A stretch of DNA of 64,000 nucleotides from Octopus vulgaris. Taxonomy: Eukaryota. Numbering within the stretch: the first letter of the stretch is position 1; each line of letters starts with the position of its first letter. Of this stretch, positions 29,201 through 43,585 are shown one piece after another. The notes beneath the pieces were generated by a model. It was not told where the DNA came from and ran no database searches. It saw nothing but the letters and a program-made list of their open reading frames with translations. The position numbers and the translations under genes are program-made. The stretch is taken from positions 43,958,001 to 44,022,000 of the forward strand of contig OX597814.1 of assembly GCA_951406725.2 (NCBI GenBank). The letters are read 5' to 3'.

Positions 29201-30160
29201 TAATAACTGAATGACTTTCTCCACAACTGTGTATAATTTATCATCGGATGCAACGCATCAGTCACATGTACTATGTTCGAGGTAGTACTAAATATCTCAA
29301 AAGAAATTATGATAGCAAATATGTCATATACGTTAGACAAAGCAAAAGGTTTTAAGTAGGTGAACTTATTAATAATTTCGGAGTAATCGACTACAAAATT
29401 GTTTTGGCTTTTATCATTAATGACACGTACTTATGCTTGTCAATACGAGTCACCTGACTTAATAAATCCTCTTTGTGAATCCCAATCACTTTTAATCGAA
29501 TGAACTCTGCATACTTTATGAGAGAGTTCGTAATAACAGTTTTAAAACTTGGCGACAGTTTAGAGAAGATGCTGAGCGGATCGATTGTTACCAACGCTAC
29601 AGAGAATACTTTCAAGCCTCATTGAAGATTATCGAAATCATTAAGAGACTGTTCAGGTAGAGGAAATGAAGACTGATGTCTATGCAGCAGCGATGAAACA
29701 GATTTAACTGTAAATACGCTCTTATTAACGTTAATTTTAAGCGTACAATATTACTTGGCTAGTGTATAAACATTTTCTGAAGTGATCAACATAAGCTTAA
29801 ATTATGTACATTTGAATCGGAGACGAAATTTTGGATGTACTCGTGCCAATGATACACATACAGGAAATATATTTAAAAGCGATAATTAATGAATACAAGC
29901 CCAACTAGGTTATAATATCAACAAAATTTCCGTTTTCCTGAATCGTGAAATAAGCAAAAAGTCGGGATTCGTATCTACTACAGCGATGTTGAAATTTATT
30001 TGCAAATAAGACACCGACTTGAGGTTCCAATAAAAGAGCAAACCCCTTTTACGTATGTGATATATTTCAGATATTAAATATCTCTACCTAGCCACTTTCA
30101 TAATTGCTAACGTACTTCGTATTTGATAGGCTATTTCCACGAAACGAGCATGGCCGGCAG

Positions 30161-30208
<48 letters not shown>

Positions 30209-30210
<2 letters not shown>

Positions 30211-30370
30211 GAGAATCCACGAAAAAGAAACAAAAAGACGAAGTCTAGTGGTGTTCACAACAAAAAGATGTATTAGGTTAACGCTCGAGAAGTGAAAAAA
30301 GTCTTTAACGTTTCGAGCCTACGCTCCTCCACAGAAAGAAAAAGGGAGAGAAAATAAAGAGTGTGTAGGG
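30209..30370 (-). mobile_element. PLE pLTR-like short repeat with HHR-like motif next to (TA)n
   Basis: Minus strand tcttt-CTGTGGA-g-gagc-gtag-gctc-GAAA-cgtt-aaaga; downstream sequence resembles 56930-57040. Confidence 0.55.
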
Positions 30371-30934
30371 GTTAGCTATTTATCATGGCGAATGCCAGGC
30401 AGAATGGTCACGCAGGAGAACTAGGAAGACGGGGATTTAATAAAGTAGTGGTGAAGGTGCGCGTGCGTGTGTATAAGAGATTATGTGTGTGCGTGTGGAA
30501 GAGGTCTGGTGACCTTGATGTGTGCGTATGTGCATGTGTAGATGTGTGGATGATGGTGTGGTTGCTGAACGCAGAATAATGCTAGCAGAACAGAAGGAAC
30601 AGGATGAAATAATATTTTTGCAGAGAAATTTCTAAGTTATATCTATCGGTATCCTTAATTATTATATTTCCCAAACATTTTATCCTGCTCCTGCCATTCT
30701 CTTAGCATTATTTTGCGTTTGAGAATTAATTATTTCTGTATCTTACCTTTCAATACACCTCAACGCTTCTGAAAAGCAAACTTTGTTTACTTTCATCATA
30801 ATTTGAATATATGTGTGTGTGCGTGTGTGTGTTTATGTGTGTGTGTGTGTGTGTGTGTGTCGCTAGTCACTAAAACTTTTTTATTTCCTTTCCCTATTTA
30901 TCTATGTGTTCCTTTATGACGGAGACGTATTCTA

Positions 30935-31045
30935 GTTTCAATCTATCAAATCCATTCACAAGGTTCTGGTCGCTCTAACGCTATAGTAGAAGACAAGGAC
31001 TGAACCCCGAATGCTGTGGTTGGAAAGCAAGCTTCTTACCACATA
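30935..31045 (-). mobile_element. Truncated tRNA-derived SINE (octopus-type)
   Basis: gtggtaagaagcttgctttccaaccac..ggggttcagtcc..cttgtgaatggatttg: A/B-box-like head; family assignment from recall. Confidence 0.6.
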
Positions 31046-31088
31046 TATATGTATGTGTCTATCTATGTATGTAGGCATATATGTACGC

Positions 31089-31134
<46 letters not shown>

Positions 31135-32046
31135 ATATATATACATATATAGATAGACAGACAAACAAACAAATAAATAGATACGTACATAGATAGACAG
31201 ACAGATAGATACATAATACATGGATATTTTATATTTATGCATACATATGTACACATGTATGAGAATTTATGTGCAGAACTATCTACCGTTTTAAATACTT
31301 TCAAAGGCCTGGAGCGGAGAGGTATTTATACACACTGCCACTGCAAGAATGCTTGACATTATGACATTGGAGTCGTCGAGGTACGAGGCCATCGTACAGT
31401 GTGTCTACTATTTAAATCAGCTCTTTATGTCCAAGCATATTGTGTGTGCAATTGTATATGTGTTTATAATACTATATGAATGACTTGATGTGTGCTTGAA
31501 CATGTTCTCTTTCTAAATAATATATACAGCAACTGCTATTTGTAAGAAAGACAACGAAGATAAAAGCATGCGATGCTACATTAAGAGCTTCAGAGAAATG
31601 TTAAACATCGATGCAAAAAATATATCATTATAAATGTTTGTGTGTGTGTGTGTGTGCGTGCGTGTGTATGTGTGTGTGTTCGTATCTGTTTATACATATA
31701 TATGTTTAAGTATTTATATATGCGGGCATGTCTTTGATTTTGGAAGTGTGTATATGTGAATGAATTTCTATTTCTAATTATATATATGTGTGTGTATGTA
31801 TTCGTTTTACATGCATACATATATATATACATATATATATATACACACATATAAACACACATATAAATATGCATGCGCATACACGCCCATGCATACATAC
31901 ACACATACATATATATATATACATATATACATAAAAATAGAGAGGGAGAGAGAGAGAGACGTTATTTAATGTACAACGTGACAAGGAGATATACACTTAA
32001 TTGGGCTAAAAACGTAAACAGTTGATAGATAGATATATAGATAGAC

Positions 32047-32117
<71 letters not shown>

Positions 32118-32684
32118 GTGAGTGAGTGAGTGAGTGAGACTGAGGGAGAGAGAGAGAGAGAAATAAAACAGAGTGAGAGAGAAAGAAATGTATATTATTT
32201 CTGAAAGTCTGTATATTATTTCTTTCTGGAAATGTAGACTTTACATGCACGTGAATTTGTACACAATTATTTATTTATCATAAACACAATCATACATAAA
32301 TTATATATAAATATTTTATACATGGCATCTGTCATTATTATTATATATTTGACTACAATAGTTCAGGTTTGTATCGTATTTTTGTTTTTGCTTTTTTTTT
32401 TGCAATCTTTGATCGTGGAATAACATGTGACGTCTTGACTTTGGCACTAATAAACATTTTATTTTCCAACACAGGAGACAGGTATGCAACCATATGGATA
32501 TAACTGTACATAAATATCTTGTCACCTCCATACCACATCACCGTACTCATGGCACATTTCAAGCACGTATAAACACAAGATTACACACAACATTTCTTGA
32601 TGATTCACCTCGGTACATTCTTTCAATTATTGGCTGAAACTAAATTCGGTTGTCACTCACTCAATAATAGACACGTTAGTCACT

Positions 32685-32689
<5 letters not shown>

Positions 32690-32723
<34 letters not shown>

Positions 32724-32828
32724 CTAAGCATACAACTAAATATGTATATATGTATATTTATATATGTGTATATATATATATATATATATTTAAATGTGTG
32801 TTTGTGTATATATATATGTATATATATA

Positions 32829-32880
<52 letters not shown>

Positions 32881-32910
32881 GTATTTTTATATATATATGT
32901 ATATATATAT

Positions 32911-32942
<32 letters not shown>

Positions 32943-32965
32943 ATATATGTATATGTATATATATA

Positions 32966-33007
<42 letters not shown>

Positions 33008-33022
33008 CATATATATATATAA

Positions 33023-33065
<43 letters not shown>

Positions 33066-33068
33066 TAC
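32690..33068. repeat. Long degenerate (TA)n tract
   Basis: Directly visible, ~380 bp. Confidence 0.97.
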
Positions 33069-33280
33069 ACATTTAGTTGTCTGTTTAGCTTTATAGACAT
33101 TAATATGCTAAACGATTCTGTCGATGGTGATGAAGGTGACAGCGGCAACGACGTCCATAATGACTACAACGAAGATGAGCACCTCAGCAATGACTCTTTT
33201 CATTCATGATAATTGTGATGATGATGATGGTTGTTATCTTGAACATCACGAAGCACAACAATAACAACGACAACAAACTT

Positions 33281-33356
33281 AAGGCGGCCTGCTGATAGAA
33301 ATGTTAGAACGCCAGACAAATACTTTGCGGTATTTCGTCCGGCTCATTACGTTCTA
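33281..33356 (+). mobile_element. 5' fragment of a tRNA-derived SINE (octopus-type)
   Basis: aaggcggcctgctgatagaaatgttagaacgccagacaaatactttgcggtatttcgtcc..tacgttct resembles a common octopus SINE head (recall). Confidence 0.5.
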
Positions 33357-34125
33357 TGTATTACTGTCTTTTTTTGTTATTTTGGCTGTAGTTTTTGTTA
33401 TCATCTTCGTCGTCGTCGTCGTTACCGTCGTCCTCGTTGTCGTCGCCATCAATTATATTTTTCATATTGATGACGATGATTACGACGAATAGTGGTTGGC
33501 AATAAATATTGTTGACCTTGTTAGGGGGAGAATGCTATACAGGAAACAAATTAAAATAATAAACAAACAGCAACAATTTAAATTTACAACATTACATATA
33601 AAAACTAACGACTTGTAAAACAAAGTCTAATGAAAATAACGTCACCAACGAACAGCAGCAAGCGATGCTGGCGTTCATATTCTTTGTTGTACGAAAATAA
33701 CAAGAACAGCTGCAACATAACAGCAATTACTATCACAAAAAGAAATTCTGACAAAATATTTCGCCTTTTATTAAATTTGACTTGCATCACAATGGAGGTA
33801 AGAGTGATTTAGAAATACGTTAAAACATGAAAAATAAAAGAAAACAATCTTCATAACTAGAGCTAAAAATAAATGTTGCAATCCGCTGCTAGTTAATGGA
33901 TCGTGGTATTTTTTTTCTTGTGTTTTGTTTTTGTTTTTGTGATGGTATTTCTCATGCATATTCGCAGAAAACAATGTGTATAGAAATATATAGACAACAA
34001 TACAACTCACAGGAATGATCAGATAAATAAACATCAATGCATAAACACATTGTAAAAATCATACATTATATGAATATACATATATATATACACACATATA
34101 TATATATGTATAATATATATGTATG

Positions 34126-34166
<41 letters not shown>

Positions 34167-34174
34167 ATACATAA

Positions 34175-34208
<34 letters not shown>

Positions 34209-34222
34209 ATACATACATATAA

Positions 34223-34253
<31 letters not shown>

Positions 34254-35972
34254 CGTATATATATATATATATATATATAATTATGCACACAACTATATAT
34301 ATGGGGAGACATAGATAGCTATACACGTATTTATATATTCACATATTCAGATATACCTCTGCATGTATTTTCATATACGGATATAACTATGCGTAAAGAT
34401 GTACTTTCACATAAAACTAATGTAAAATATCAGACAATTTGGCACTTTTCAGCAACTAACAGAAAATAATTGCTCTAAAGTCATGAAGGAAAGTGAAAAT
34501 CTATGCATTTGGATTGAACATTGTCGTAAATATTTATCATTACTTGCCACGCTGAAAAAGTATTTATTCGCTACGTTATAATGCAGCTTAATATACTATA
34601 GATGGGTAAATTTATAAGTAGTGTTTGTGAGGATTTAATATTATTAGTGACAAGAGATAATATTGATAAATGTTTCATTATCCAACAAACATTAGAGTTA
34701 GTAAAAAGAGATAGAAAATACGTACAATCAACAAACGGAGCGCAGTTTCTACTTCCACTTGCTCGAGTCCCATGATATGGTGAAACCTCTGAGTAACTAC
34801 TTGAATATGTTATGAATGCCACTAAATCAATGTGTGTGTCTATGTGTTTTTGGGGCGTGAGCGTTTCGATACACCCACGAGAAATTTGATTAGCTACACC
34901 ATGCATTAGAGATAATTAATCATCATTCACGGGAATACCAATATACGTGAGAAACTCTGAGTAACTGCATGAATATTCTATAGCATGTCCGCAGTCAAAT
35001 GATTGAAACAAGTAACATAATAAAGTAATTACAGGCTAGTAATTGAATACGTGTGTATGTGTGTTTGCCTTGGGTGTCCGATGCACAAACCAGAGAAATT
35101 ATTAATCAAAACATGCATCAAAGACTATTAATTTAATTGAAACGTAACATAAAATGAATTAAGGACTTTCGGTTATGTTCTCATTGAGAGTCCGTTCTGC
35201 TGACAACACGTGAGAGAAGACTGAAAAACATTTCCTTTACCTTGGAAAGATCTGAATTTAGATTTTTAAAACGCCGGAACCGTTATTTCATTAAAAAATC
35301 TACTTGATTCTACACTTTCTCATATTTGAAGGCAATACTGAGATTTCTTGAGGTTAGTCTACAAGTTCCATTTCTAAATAATGATCACATAATTATAGAG
35401 ATAGCTAAAGAGACGTATATATATATATAAGAAAAACATAATGTTTGTATCGCCAAAAATATCAGGCTTTGATTCATTCAGAATAGTTTCGTCTTCTATT
35501 AGTACATCACCCTCCAATTTTTTCGTAGCCGTGGTACATGCATCTAGAACGCATTTTCTAAAGCAGTGTGCCGTATTGTAGCAAAGTTTCTGCGCTGTAA
35601 CCTATCACCTGGAATCAGAGAGATTTTAGAGTGCATTTCAAGTTTTGAAACTCAAATGGGAGCGTCCACGGTGTCAACCTCGGATTGAATAGCGGTGGCA
35701 GTATAAATGTCGTCACTTGACTTGTAATGAAGTACAGATAAGGGGTATCATGCAGGTAAGTGTCTTGTTTTATCTGCTCGCAACTTTTGCATCCAACTTC
35801 ACACTTTCTCTGACATGCTTTCAATCTTCCAAGTAAAATAATTTAACGGTCACCTGACTTCTTGCAATAAATTTTTGAGAAATAACGTCCTACAAATAAA
35901 AAAAAAAAATTATCATCACTTTCAGGTTTGAGAAACTCTGATGCTTTTTTCATTACTCTCTCTCTCTTTCCA

Positions 35973-36005
<33 letters not shown>

Positions 36006-38669
36006 CTCTTTTCTTTTAGGCTTTTGCGAAAAGAAACTAATACACCGCGATGTCTACAATTCTATTTCTACAATGTTGCCTTACACTAACATTGTTACCC
36101 ATTGTCTCCTTTTCTAGAAAGTTTTCATCAGCATTTGAACAACAAAATTTTCTTAAATTTGAATTGTAAATAACTCACATAGCCCAACATATGACTCGAA
36201 TAATCTTCTCCGTCGGTTTACTGCAAGACAAATATTTCCGCAAGTGTTTTACACAAGTTCAAACAGAATTTCATAAAAGAGTTTGCTTTTCAAAATTGTT
36301 CATATTTGAATTTGCCATCCACTGCCAAAAGCAATTGATATGCGTTTGCTTGAATTTGTTGCCTGGCAGCTCACTAACAAGGCCCGGTGTAACTTTGAGA
36401 TTGAATGGCACTATCACCCATAAACAGCACAAAGATTCAGAGCTGACTACGCTGACTGGCAGGTTTGCGATTTAAAACTTAGTTTTAGCATAGACGTCGT
36501 TTGTACATTTGTACATTTGGGTATGCTTATATACAGGAGTGATTATATACAGATGCATATACGACAAATTATGCTACAACACAAGTAGTTCTCAATTTAT
36601 ACTGCTTGTAAAACTAATACATTTGAGTAGCTGTTGTAAATACCGGTGTTTCTGGCAACGTAGAATAGCGACGACGATCAGATAGAATTCTCAATCGTTC
36701 GGCTGGTACACTAACTTCCTATTGCATCTATAAATAGTAGCAATGGAAGAATAAATTCATACTTGAAAATAATTTTACTTTTGAAAGTTAATAATGCAGT
36801 TCTTCTACTAGAACTCTAAAGTACTTCGTACTAATATATGTGAATCACTGTCTGAGTTTATGTGAGTATGAATGCAGAAACAATTTATATGATTATGTCG
36901 ATGCGTTTCTTTATTTGATAATAGAAAAAGATATAATTCATATAAAACTATCAATATTTTGACAGCTTTCAGATAAGGAAAACATAACAGTAGGACAGTG
37001 TATGTCTTGAAATGGAACAGAATAAATTTATTTTGTAAATTTTAACTATTTATATCTATAATTCGCAAGGTTTTCTAACTTTCTTCCTCATCTACCAATT
37101 TTTAATTAATTGTTCTTTTTCTATTTTTGAGTAAATGTCTATACATATGTACATATCACTTATCGAATTGTTATGATGTGCGAATGTCAGTGAAGAATTG
37201 TATGTGTACTTAAATGCAAAGACGCAATAAAGTATATATTCAGTAAGCATGCTTAGAATGATAGGTGTTTGTATTTAACAATGTAGAAAGCCATATAGCA
37301 AGCAGCGAAACAATTTATAAGTGAGCTGAGAGACATAAATTATGAGATGTTCTATAATTTTGCTCAGATTTTATATTATCTTCATTTACATCGCTCGTGT
37401 GTAATATTACTGCAAGTTTAATATAAGAAATACCCATTCATCTATAAAGTGTAATTTAAACTTAATCCTTTCTCAGCCGTAGATATTAAATAGGAACACT
37501 TATTTTTTAAAAATCAATTTATCATTTGCTTATGTAGATTTAATTACGATCCCTGACGCTCAAGTTATCGATTTCATCCAGGTGAACAAAAACTGAAATT
37601 TATAGAAGAAAATTAGAACTGAGAAGCATTGCTGATTTTGTGAAAAACATTACTGAAGCAGGAAAAGGATGTCGTTATATATTTAAATAAAGACTAGTTG
37701 TCGTTACAAATAGCCGAAGAGATATATGTGCAATACAATATTCGTATTATATTCTTACACTAACACTAGCTTTATATTTCTCAAGCAATGTACAGTGGAC
37801 TGGTGGGCTTCATGCATTCGTTTTAGTAGAAATTATGGTTTCAGGGAATGTTAAACTGACACACATGTTTGCCACCCTACACCATATTTTCGTGGAGTTT
37901 ATAGGAAAAAGGGAGATGGCATTCGATTTTAAAATATAACTTTCTTAGTAGCATCTAATTAAGAAATATGAATGCTGGGTCAAGAAATTCTAAGTACTCT
38001 CAAACGACACATTTTTGCACCAGGTTACAATTAAACTTGCTACGTTTAGTCGCTGATAAGAGTTGACCGGATTTTGTGTTGGAGAGACTGATGTCTAGTT
38101 TCTCTGTTTACTGGTACGTGAAGCGTTCACTCAAAGTTGGATAAATCTTCGTGTAATGAAGCATGGAATGGAAAGTTATACAATCTAATTTTTCCTCAGT
38201 CTTTAATTTATGATAAGATTTTAGTAAAGTGTATTGCTGGTGCAGGAGGGGTAAGTAAATCAAGTATCGATTACGCTGAATTGCCACGTTGTTAATCCGA
38301 AAAGTTTGTGGTCATATCAAAAATATTTTGATTCTTTACTACAGAATTATGTATTAGCTGATATTATGTTCCTCGAGACATTATCGATTTAACTAACATA
38401 TAAAAAACATTAGTAAGAATTTTTAAATAATAACTTTTAGTAATTTACAAGTACAGGTCAAATGAGAAGCAGACAGTCAAGAGGATTTCGTATTATCACA
38501 AGAGTGTGTGATAAACTCCAGCTATTACACATTTCCTCGTACATAAATGCGTGTGTAGACGCAAATATATGTGCTTCAAAATAAGCGCATTGTGTCTGTG
38601 CCTGATTATGATACACACATACACACTGTATATAATATATATGTGTGTGTGTATGTGTGTATACATACA

Positions 38670-38784
<115 letters not shown>

Positions 38785-38994
38785 TTCTGTGTCAGAGGTT
38801 GAGAAACCAAGCAAGGGATAGTACCTATCCAGTACACTGCTGATAGTGTACCCAATTATTCATAGTCAAGTGCTAGTTATTGCATGGCAATCTCGCAATT
38901 GAATATTATACATGGGTGAGGGTAAAGGATTAATTTATCCCTGATTTATACGGCAAATAAATATACGGAGTTGATATAAACTCGACAGACATCA

Positions 38995-39233
38995 GCCAGT
39001 AAACATTGAAGTACGTCTATGTATTCTCTATGTATTCAATTGTATTGAATGAATACAAACACATGTATGAGCGATACAGATTAAAAAGTTGGTAACTGCA
39101 TAGACAAGGGTGTGAATATATGTAAGTATAAGTATATAGAGACAAATGAGCAACTGAGCAAATGAGCAAAAATATAAATGGGTATGCAGGCACAGTTTCC
39201 TTAAGACCGTTTCTGCCACGAGGCAATAAAATC
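38995..39233 (-). repeat. Left arm of a ~240-bp long-range inverted repeat (putative PLE pLTR)
   Basis: Diverged reverse complement of 45721-45957. Confidence 0.85.
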
Positions 39234-41128
39234 GTACAGGTTATCTCTGTCACTTCAATGTTATGCAGGGATGAACAGACACGGCTTTGATAATAGATGT
39301 GCCCCTAGGTTACTTCAGAGGGTCTAAGTAGTTGGGTGAGGGGTAACACATATAAAAGTCAGTTAAGAATAGATAAGGTGTGCTTATCCTTTTAAATAGA
39401 GTAGATTAAGAATAATAATAAGAAGAAGAGCAACAACAAGAATACAAGCGAAATAAGAATAGTGCAATAACTAGGGCATAGCAAGGGGAAATAAGGTAAG
39501 ACTTCCCGTAAAGTATCTATAAAATCCATGGTATTACATCCAATGGTGGGTAGGTGAATATAATCATTTTCAGGAGGAATTCTTTCAGGAGGGATTATTT
39601 TAGGCAGTAATTATCATAGTGTTTCTATAGAACTTTAGTGGTGGTTTTGATGGTATGATCCATGCTACAGGGATGAAAGTGTATATGTAAACTGCAATTT
39701 AGTAGGTGTAGCGTTGCAGATGGTATGCCATAAACAACTTCTAATGAACCCAACATGGGAAATTTAGTATATGAGTGTATCAATGAGAGAAAACTAGGTG
39801 AAGTTAAGATGTGATGTTAGTGTTCGTTACTTTCTTGCCGATCAACTAATCTCGAAACATCTATGCGTATTGGGGTGAGGTCATGGTCACTCCTACAACC
39901 CAATTGCTCAGCTCTTATTTGAAAACATTGGTTATAGCAACCAGGATAAGTAAACGAACAAAATAAAACAAATAAAACAGGTAAGACAACTAAAGTAAAA
40001 CTATGGGATAAGAATCCTTAAGGACGAAATAATAATATAGATATATAAATAACTAAATAAACTAACAAATAACTGTAGATACGTACGAATGTAAATAACA
40101 ATAACAGTAATAACTACAATCGTAACAACGGTAATGGCAACATCAACAATAATATAGGTGTGTTTCAGGTAAAAATTCTAACACTGGAGTTGTTAGTGAA
40201 TGCAGATTGTGTTTTCTAGTAGTATATTTCGGGTAACGTTTCTAATTAGCGATTATTTTTGTAAACAAATAAACGAAAATAAATAACCAAAAACGTAGGG
40301 ATGAGAAACAGATCAGATAAGATAAAATAATAGTATATATATAAGAGTAAGTATGAATACGGTTTTAAACTTCAATAAATAATAACAACAGGAGCAGTAA
40401 TATAAGGGTGTTCTTGTTAGTTTTAGTTAAGGATGGGGGTTTTATCTATCGAAGGAGAACTAATACGAGTGATTAATACGAGTGGATAGTGTTTTTTCCT
40501 TATGATATATCTAGGGTGTATGTTTAATCAGCGAGTATTTTAGTCAGATTGGAGGTGGGTTGTGAATATTTAGGCTGACGAAACACAAGTGAGGAATTTA
40601 TAAATAGGGAGAAGATAGGACCAGAATGGACAAGTGCTAATTGTTTGCATGGACGTTGGATATCTAAGTGTTATGCTTACCTGTAGATATTCAGTACTGA
40701 ATCGCATACCAGTATGATATAGAATATTAAATGGTCAAGGAGTGAGAGTGCATTAGAGTACTAATTACGGATTTTTGTAAGTGGGTACTAAATGAAAGTG
40801 TTGACATGGATGTGTATACGTTGCTAATCCGTGCATTTTAATTAATTTAATATATTTAATAGTAGGGAAGAGGTTATATCAATTCTAACAAACGGTTAGG
40901 GGGCGTTCGTGTTTAAATACAGGTATCAGCTTGGGAGTGTAAGCAACTATGGTTTTCGATGTATCAGGTAGTTGAGCTATAATATATTATCCGATGGTTC
41001 ATAAGGTTTTACATTTATATTTATAGTTGGGGGTTATATCGGCTATAGTAAGGGTAATATCTTAGACTGTTATGGTTAGTGTTTGGGTGCATTTAAATTA
41101 CCTTCTGCTGGTAAGTACGAATATCTAG

Positions 41129-41600
41129 TCACACTTGTGTTTTCTTTTTAACGAGGCGGTGTTTTAGTTCCTCCAATACAACCTTCTGGCATTTTCTTTC
41201 AATATTATACTTCGTTTCCAGCGCCCTGTATTTTTGTTCGCTTTTAAGCTCCCCTTTCTCTTTTCGGTCTAACACAGAGATTTCCTTCCAGAGCATGTCT
41301 AACCCTGTCTGGATTCTTCTTCTCCATGGATCTTTTCTTTTGTCACTCCCATTATGTTTCTTTTTCTTAACATCAACACCTACATTTTCTGATACAACAA
41401 TACTTGCTACCTTGATTAAATTATTTGTTTCTGTGATGTTGTTTGTTCTAACGTATTTCAGAATTTCATTGACATTTTTCGTTTCTTGGTTCAATTTCCG
41501 TCGAATAACCTTTTTAAGGCTGCAAATAATGTCGCTATCGTTCTCTTGTAGTCTTACATTTAATCTATCGTAGCTTTTTGTCCATCTGTCATGTCACCAT
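41129..41600 (-). mobile_element. R4/Dong-type LINE N-terminal fragment
   Basis: NITETNNLIKVASIVV..DPWRRRIQ..LEELKHRL, typical pre-RT region. Confidence 0.75.
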
Positions 41601-42052
41601 TAGTTTATTGTCTTCTTTTAGATTATCTATATGTCTCTTATCAAGTAAACTACCACATTATTATTATGATCACTGCTATCACTGATATTGTTGTTTTTAT
41701 GTGTAGTAGCAGCAGTGGTTGCAGCAACACAATAGGGGTAGGGATGGGGGTAATGGTAAGGGTGGTAGTTGGGCCTGATATTCCTGTGCTATCATAATAT
41801 TAGTAGTTGCAGTATTATTGTAGTATTAGCAGTATTTAGTATCAGCAGTCGCAGCATATTATTATTAGTTTTATTACTTTTGTCATTATCACCCTCACCA
41901 CCACTACCATTGTGGAAGGAAATTAGTTAGGTAGCAGTTTGGTGAATAGATCATATTCACAGGTCTATAAACAGATTTGGCAGGAATTGGAGAGGTCGGC
42001 CATAGAGACAAACGAATCTTCGAAACCTTTGGGTCAACAGAGGCCAAATGTA

Positions 42053-42145
42053 TTTACTACTACCAGTGGCCGCTGAGAGCGCTGCTTTGAAAAGAAGCAA
42101 TTCAACTTTTTCTATTTGTAATTACTGATAGAAAAAACAATAATA

Positions 42146-42180
<35 letters not shown>

Positions 42181-42280
42181 ATATATATATTATTGTTTTT
42201 TCTATCAATAATTACAAATAGAAAAAGTTGAATTGCTTCTTTTCAAAGCAGCGCTCTCAGCGGCCACTGGTAGTAGTAAA
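42053..42280. repeat. Near-perfect fold-back (~94-bp arms) around a (TG)n/(TA)n loop
   Basis: 42053-42146 is the reverse complement of 42187-42280 with about one mismatch. Confidence 0.93.
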
Positions 42281-42283
42281 AAC

Positions 42284-42324
<41 letters not shown>

Positions 42325-42326
42325 AG

Positions 42327-42380
<54 letters not shown>

Positions 42381-42389
42381 TGTATGTGT

Positions 42390-42930
42390 TTAATATATTG
42401 GCCTGGTAGTTCCTTGTAGGTTGGCATTGATCTTGGGCTGCTATGATAAACCCTTCTGTTTCAGATTTTAAGCCAGACGCCATTAGCTACTCATGGGTAA
42501 GGGCTTTGTTAACATCGGCATTATTCGTTCTCTTTGAATATTTGCGATTAAGAGGGTTTTCTTGCCATTTATCGGTCAGAGTATCTAAGACAGCAGTTTT
42601 AGCACGGTTCTTCATGCGTTTAGCTTCTTTTGCACTTGTTTCTCGTATGTCTAATTCCGGAATTTGTTGTATTTGGAATTTATTTAGATAGTCCTTTGCC
42701 TTTTTTCTTACTGAGTATGATGCTTTCTTGATTTCATATTTTGAGACAAGTTTTAACATCCAGTCCTCAAAGATTTTCAGGTAGGTGTCTAGGCCAATTG
42801 TGGCAATCTTCATTGTTGATGCCAGTTGTAAAAGTCCACGGCTCCCCTCTTTTCTTGGCAAATAAAGCGGTTTTGATTTTATAATTCCGACATATTGTCC
42901 AGGGTAAATACTAGCCGACTCTGTCATGTC
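42390..42930 (-). mobile_element. R4/Dong-type LINE fragment (post-RT)
   Basis: LYLPRKEGSRGLLQL..KWQENPL..GLKSETEGFIIAAQDQ..RNYQANIL. Confidence 0.85.
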
Positions 42931-42989
42931 TTGCTTTATATTCTACAGGTGCTAAGACTCTACAGCCTGAGATTGGGTAGTCTATAGTT

Positions 42990-43355
42990 TCAATCTCATC
43001 GGTATAGAATCAGCATTTTGAGTCAGCTCCATTTTTTATCACATTGGCTTGGTAGTTCCGGATTAATAAGCTTTGATCTTGAGCAGCTAATATAAAACCT
43101 TCAGTCTCTGTTTTTAGCCCTGAGCTTCGTAACAATTGATGCGTGTGTTTCTGGTCGATACTGGTTTGTTTGCTACGGGCCACATACTTGCCATGCAGAG
43201 GTTTCTATTCCCATCTGCTAGCTAATTTTTCATGTGCTTTTGTCTTTACAAAAAATGTTATTTTCTTTGCAGCAACAGTTGGCGCATCTCCTTCAACCTG
43301 ATCAATCTGGTAGGTATCTAAGAGATCAGTAGCGAATTCTTTGCTCTCTTTCAGA
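42990..43355 (-). mobile_element. Another R4/Dong-type LINE fragment (post-RT)
   Basis: PLHGKYV..SGLKTETEGFILAAQDQSLL. Confidence 0.75.
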
Positions 43356-43359
43356 ATAG

Positions 43360-43508
43360 AGTGAAGTTTTTTCGGTTTTCCTGTTTTTCAACAAATTTTA
43401 GCATCCTGTTTTTCAGCAAGTCTTCGAATCCGGTTTTTCAACAAGTTTTAGCATCTTGTTTTTCAACAGGTTTTTGCATCCTGTTTTTCAACACGTTTTT
43501 CAACATCC
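43360..43508. repeat. ~25-bp degenerate minisatellite (catcctgtttttcaacaagttttag) x5-6
   Basis: Directly visible. Confidence 0.8.
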
Positions 43509-43538
43509 TTATTATTATTTTTATTATTATCATTATTA

Positions 43539-43585
<47 letters not shown>

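Noticed and set aside
29391-29660. Short non-repetitive ORFs on both strands
   Set aside because: Under 75 aa, no domain recognised, and splice-compatible frames contain stops
43360-43508. CRISPR-like repeat array
   Set aside because: Units are contiguous and degenerate with no unique spacers, in a eukaryotic context; it is a minisatellite
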